Positions 62,293-64,000 of a stretch of 64,000 nucleotides of DNA are shown here, one piece after another (position 1 is the stretch's first letter; every line of letters begins with the position of its first letter). The stretch covers positions 1-64,000 of the forward strand of contig JBCBZT010000009.1 in assembly GCA_039815185.1 (NCBI GenBank), given 5' to 3'. The stretch comes from Cyanobacteria bacterium P01_A01_bin.123. GTDB taxonomy: Bacteria; Cyanobacteriota; Cyanobacteriia; Phormidesmidales; Phormidesmidaceae. The notes below the pieces were generated by a model. That model saw nothing but the letters and a program-made list of their open reading frames with translations. It was not told the origin of the DNA and made no database searches. Made by a program: the position numbers and the translations under genes.

Positions 62293-63573
62293 TTAATGAG
62301 TCGTATTTAACTTCTCCTCAATCTTGCGACTACCCAAGGACATGGCGTAGCAAAAGAACCAATACATCACCCCAATAAATAGGTAAACCTCCGCATAACG
62401 ACCTAGATAGTTTGGGTTCGCCAAGATAGATCTACTAATACCCAAAAGTTCCGCCAAGCCAACAATAGAAAGCAGCGTCGTGTCTTGAAACAAACTGATA
62501 AACTGCCCGACAATTGCCGGAATCGCAATTTTCAAAGCCTGGGGTAGTACGATGAACAACATCGTCAGCGGCTTATTAACCCCCAGAGACGCAGCCGCTT
62601 CGCTTTGACCACGCGGGATTGCCTGTAGTCCGGCCCGCACGTTCTCGGCCAAATAGGCCGCACTGAACAAGGTCAGACCAATCACTGCCCGCGCTACCCG
62701 TTCCGGACGCATACCATCGGGTAAAAACAGCGGAATCATTACTTGTCCCATAAACAAAATTGAAATTAGCGGAACGCCACGGACTACCTCAATGTAGGCC
62801 GTAGAGAGCCATTTAACGGCAGGCAGTTGACTCCGCCGTCCCAAGGCTAGCAGTAGACCCAACGGGAAGCACAGGGAAATCCCCGCAACGGCTACCAACA
62901 GAGTCAGCACCAATCCTCCCCAGTCGTTAACCGGGGCTGCTGCTGGCGTAGCCCCGAAAAAGAGATAGCCAATGCCCCCTAAAATCGATCCCGGCACCAA
63001 TGGGATATAGGGGATCGGGTTGAAGATCAGGGGATAAAGAGGAACCAGGCTAATCAGCCAAATTAAAGAGAGCCAGGTGCCAAGCTTAGGAATCTTTTTC
63101 CCTAAAGCCCGTCCGATCCAGGCCATGCCTGCAACGATAGCGACCATCGGCAATAACTTAAGCGTACTGGGCCGAGTTGCCGGAAACACGACAATGGCCG
63201 CACATATCACGCCGATGCCAATCAAGACATTGCGGTTAAACAGGGTAGAAAGATTACGCCCTAGCACGCCCCAAGATAGGCCACCCATAAGGCAGACAAA
63301 TCCCAGTAGCACCCAAACTCGCCAGTACAAATCACTGGGATACAGCCCAGTCATAAACAGGCCAATATTATTGGGAATCACCTCCCACTGGGCCACGGTG
63401 AAAGCCCAGGTACCTAACCCATAGGCCGCATAAGCCAAGATTGCCACGACGACAATTGTGAGAGCGCTATTGAATAAATCGCTAAACAGATTCTTCCGCA
63501 TCCAGGCAACTGGGCCAACCTGGATAACCTCAGGGGGCAGAGAACTGGAAGCCGTTGGGGTAGTCGTCGTCAT
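62293..63573 (-). CDS. natH: amino acid ABC transporter permease (NatH/AapM-like)
   Basis: WMRKNLFS, RGVPLI, AYLAENVRAGL, GQSEAA, QDTTL. Confidence 0.82.
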   Translation of the reverse strand: MTTTTPTASSSLPPEVIQVGPVAWMRKNLFSDLFNSALTIVVVAILAYAAYGLGTWAFTVAQWEVIPNNIGLFMTGLYPSDLYWRVWVLLGFVCLMGGLSWGVLGRNLSTLFNRNVLIGIGVICAAIVVFPATRPSTLKLLPMVAIVAGMAWIGRALGKKIPKLGTWLSLIWLISLVPLYPLIFNPIPYIPLVPGSILGGIGYLFFGATPAAAPVNDWGGLVLTLLVAVAGISLCFPLGLLLALGRRSQLPAVKWLSTAYIEVVRGVPLISILFMGQVMIPLFLPDGMRPERVARAVIGLTLFSAAYLAENVRAGLQAIPRGQSEAAASLGVNKPLTMLFIVLPQALKIAIPAIVGQFISLFQDTTLLSIVGLAELLGISRSILANPNYLGRYAEVYLFIGVMYWFFCYAMSLGSRKIEEKLNTTH

Positions 63574-63576
63574 CGA

Positions 63577-64000
63577 TTAGCGCTCCTTAAACTGGACGGC
63601 CTGGTTGACTTGGTTCATCACCAGGGAAATCAACAGGTTAATGACTAAGTAGGTGGCCATCAACACCAAAAATACCTCCACCGGGCGGCCCGTTTGGTTA
63701 TACGTGGTGTTGGCAATGGCATAAATCTCTGGGTAGGCCACCGCAAAAGCCAAACTGGAGTTTTTGGCCAGGTTCATAAATTCACTGTTGAGCGGGGGGA
63801 CGATGACCCGCATTGCTTGGGGAAAGACCACCAGTCGCATCACTAGGCCGTTGTTAAAGCCAACTGAGCGTGCGGCTTCCCATTGGCCTTTGGACACAGA
63901 TTGAATTCCGGCCCGAACAATCTCTGCAATGAAGGCACCCGTATAAAACACTAGGGCTGAGAGAGAAGCCACATATTCACGAGACAGCCTCATGCCCCCA
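63577..64000 (-). CDS. natG: amino acid ABC transporter permease (NatG/AapQ-like), 5'-truncated by the window edge
   Basis: AFIAEIVRAGI, GQWEAA, KNSSLA; frame stays open to the window end. Confidence 0.8.
   Translation of the reverse strand, partial: GGMRLSREYVASLSALVFYTGAFIAEIVRAGIQSVSKGQWEAARSVGFNNGLVMRLVVFPQAMRVIVPPLNSEFMNLAKNSSLAFAVAYPEIYAIANTTYNQTGRPVEVFLVLMATYLVINLLISLVMNQVNQAVQFKER

Noticed and set aside
1..64000. tRNA/rRNA genes, transposases, integrases, prophage genes
   Set aside because: None recognised by eye; tRNAscan/Infernal not run, so small ncRNAs cannot be excluded

Overview
This is a 64-kb chromosomal window from a filamentous cyanobacterium. Evidence for that is frequent HIP1 octamers (GCGATCGC), STRR/REP-type repeats, psbP, ftn2 and rbcR/ycf30; a Leptolyngbya/Nodosilinea-like assignment is only an impression. 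Most of the window is core housekeeping: rpiA, secDF, pdhAB, ftn2, hisH-rsmD, psbP-maf, trpD, PBP1A, tyrS-pyrF, rbcR, murJ, moeA, pepP, pyrC and a natGH-bgtA-like amino-acid ABC transporter. Accessory loci are interspersed. (i) A vanadium-dependent haloperoxidase carries an extra N-terminal beta-rich domain, an internal Shine-Dalgarno/ATG at the start of the catalytic core, and a Ser-to-Ala change in the vanadate site. (ii) An AT-rich block of three GT-C membrane glycosyltransferases, one of the eukaryote-typical PIG-B/Alg9 (GT22) family, is bracketed by 14-bp direct repeats. (iii) A Tat-signal caspase-like protein lacking its catalytic Cys lies near an intact TPR-CHAT protease. (iv) A decayed copy of the 5' end of the uma2 gene sits in the leader of that caspase-like gene. 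(v) A 1887-aa Ser/Thr kinase-AAA-GAF-His kinase is followed by a diguanylate cyclase. (vi) Several tiny mobile repeats are present, including a MITE-like element with nested repeats and a 23-nt element inserted in an STRR. No tRNA/rRNA, CRISPR array, transposase or integrase was seen. All family calls come from motif recognition by eye, without database searches.
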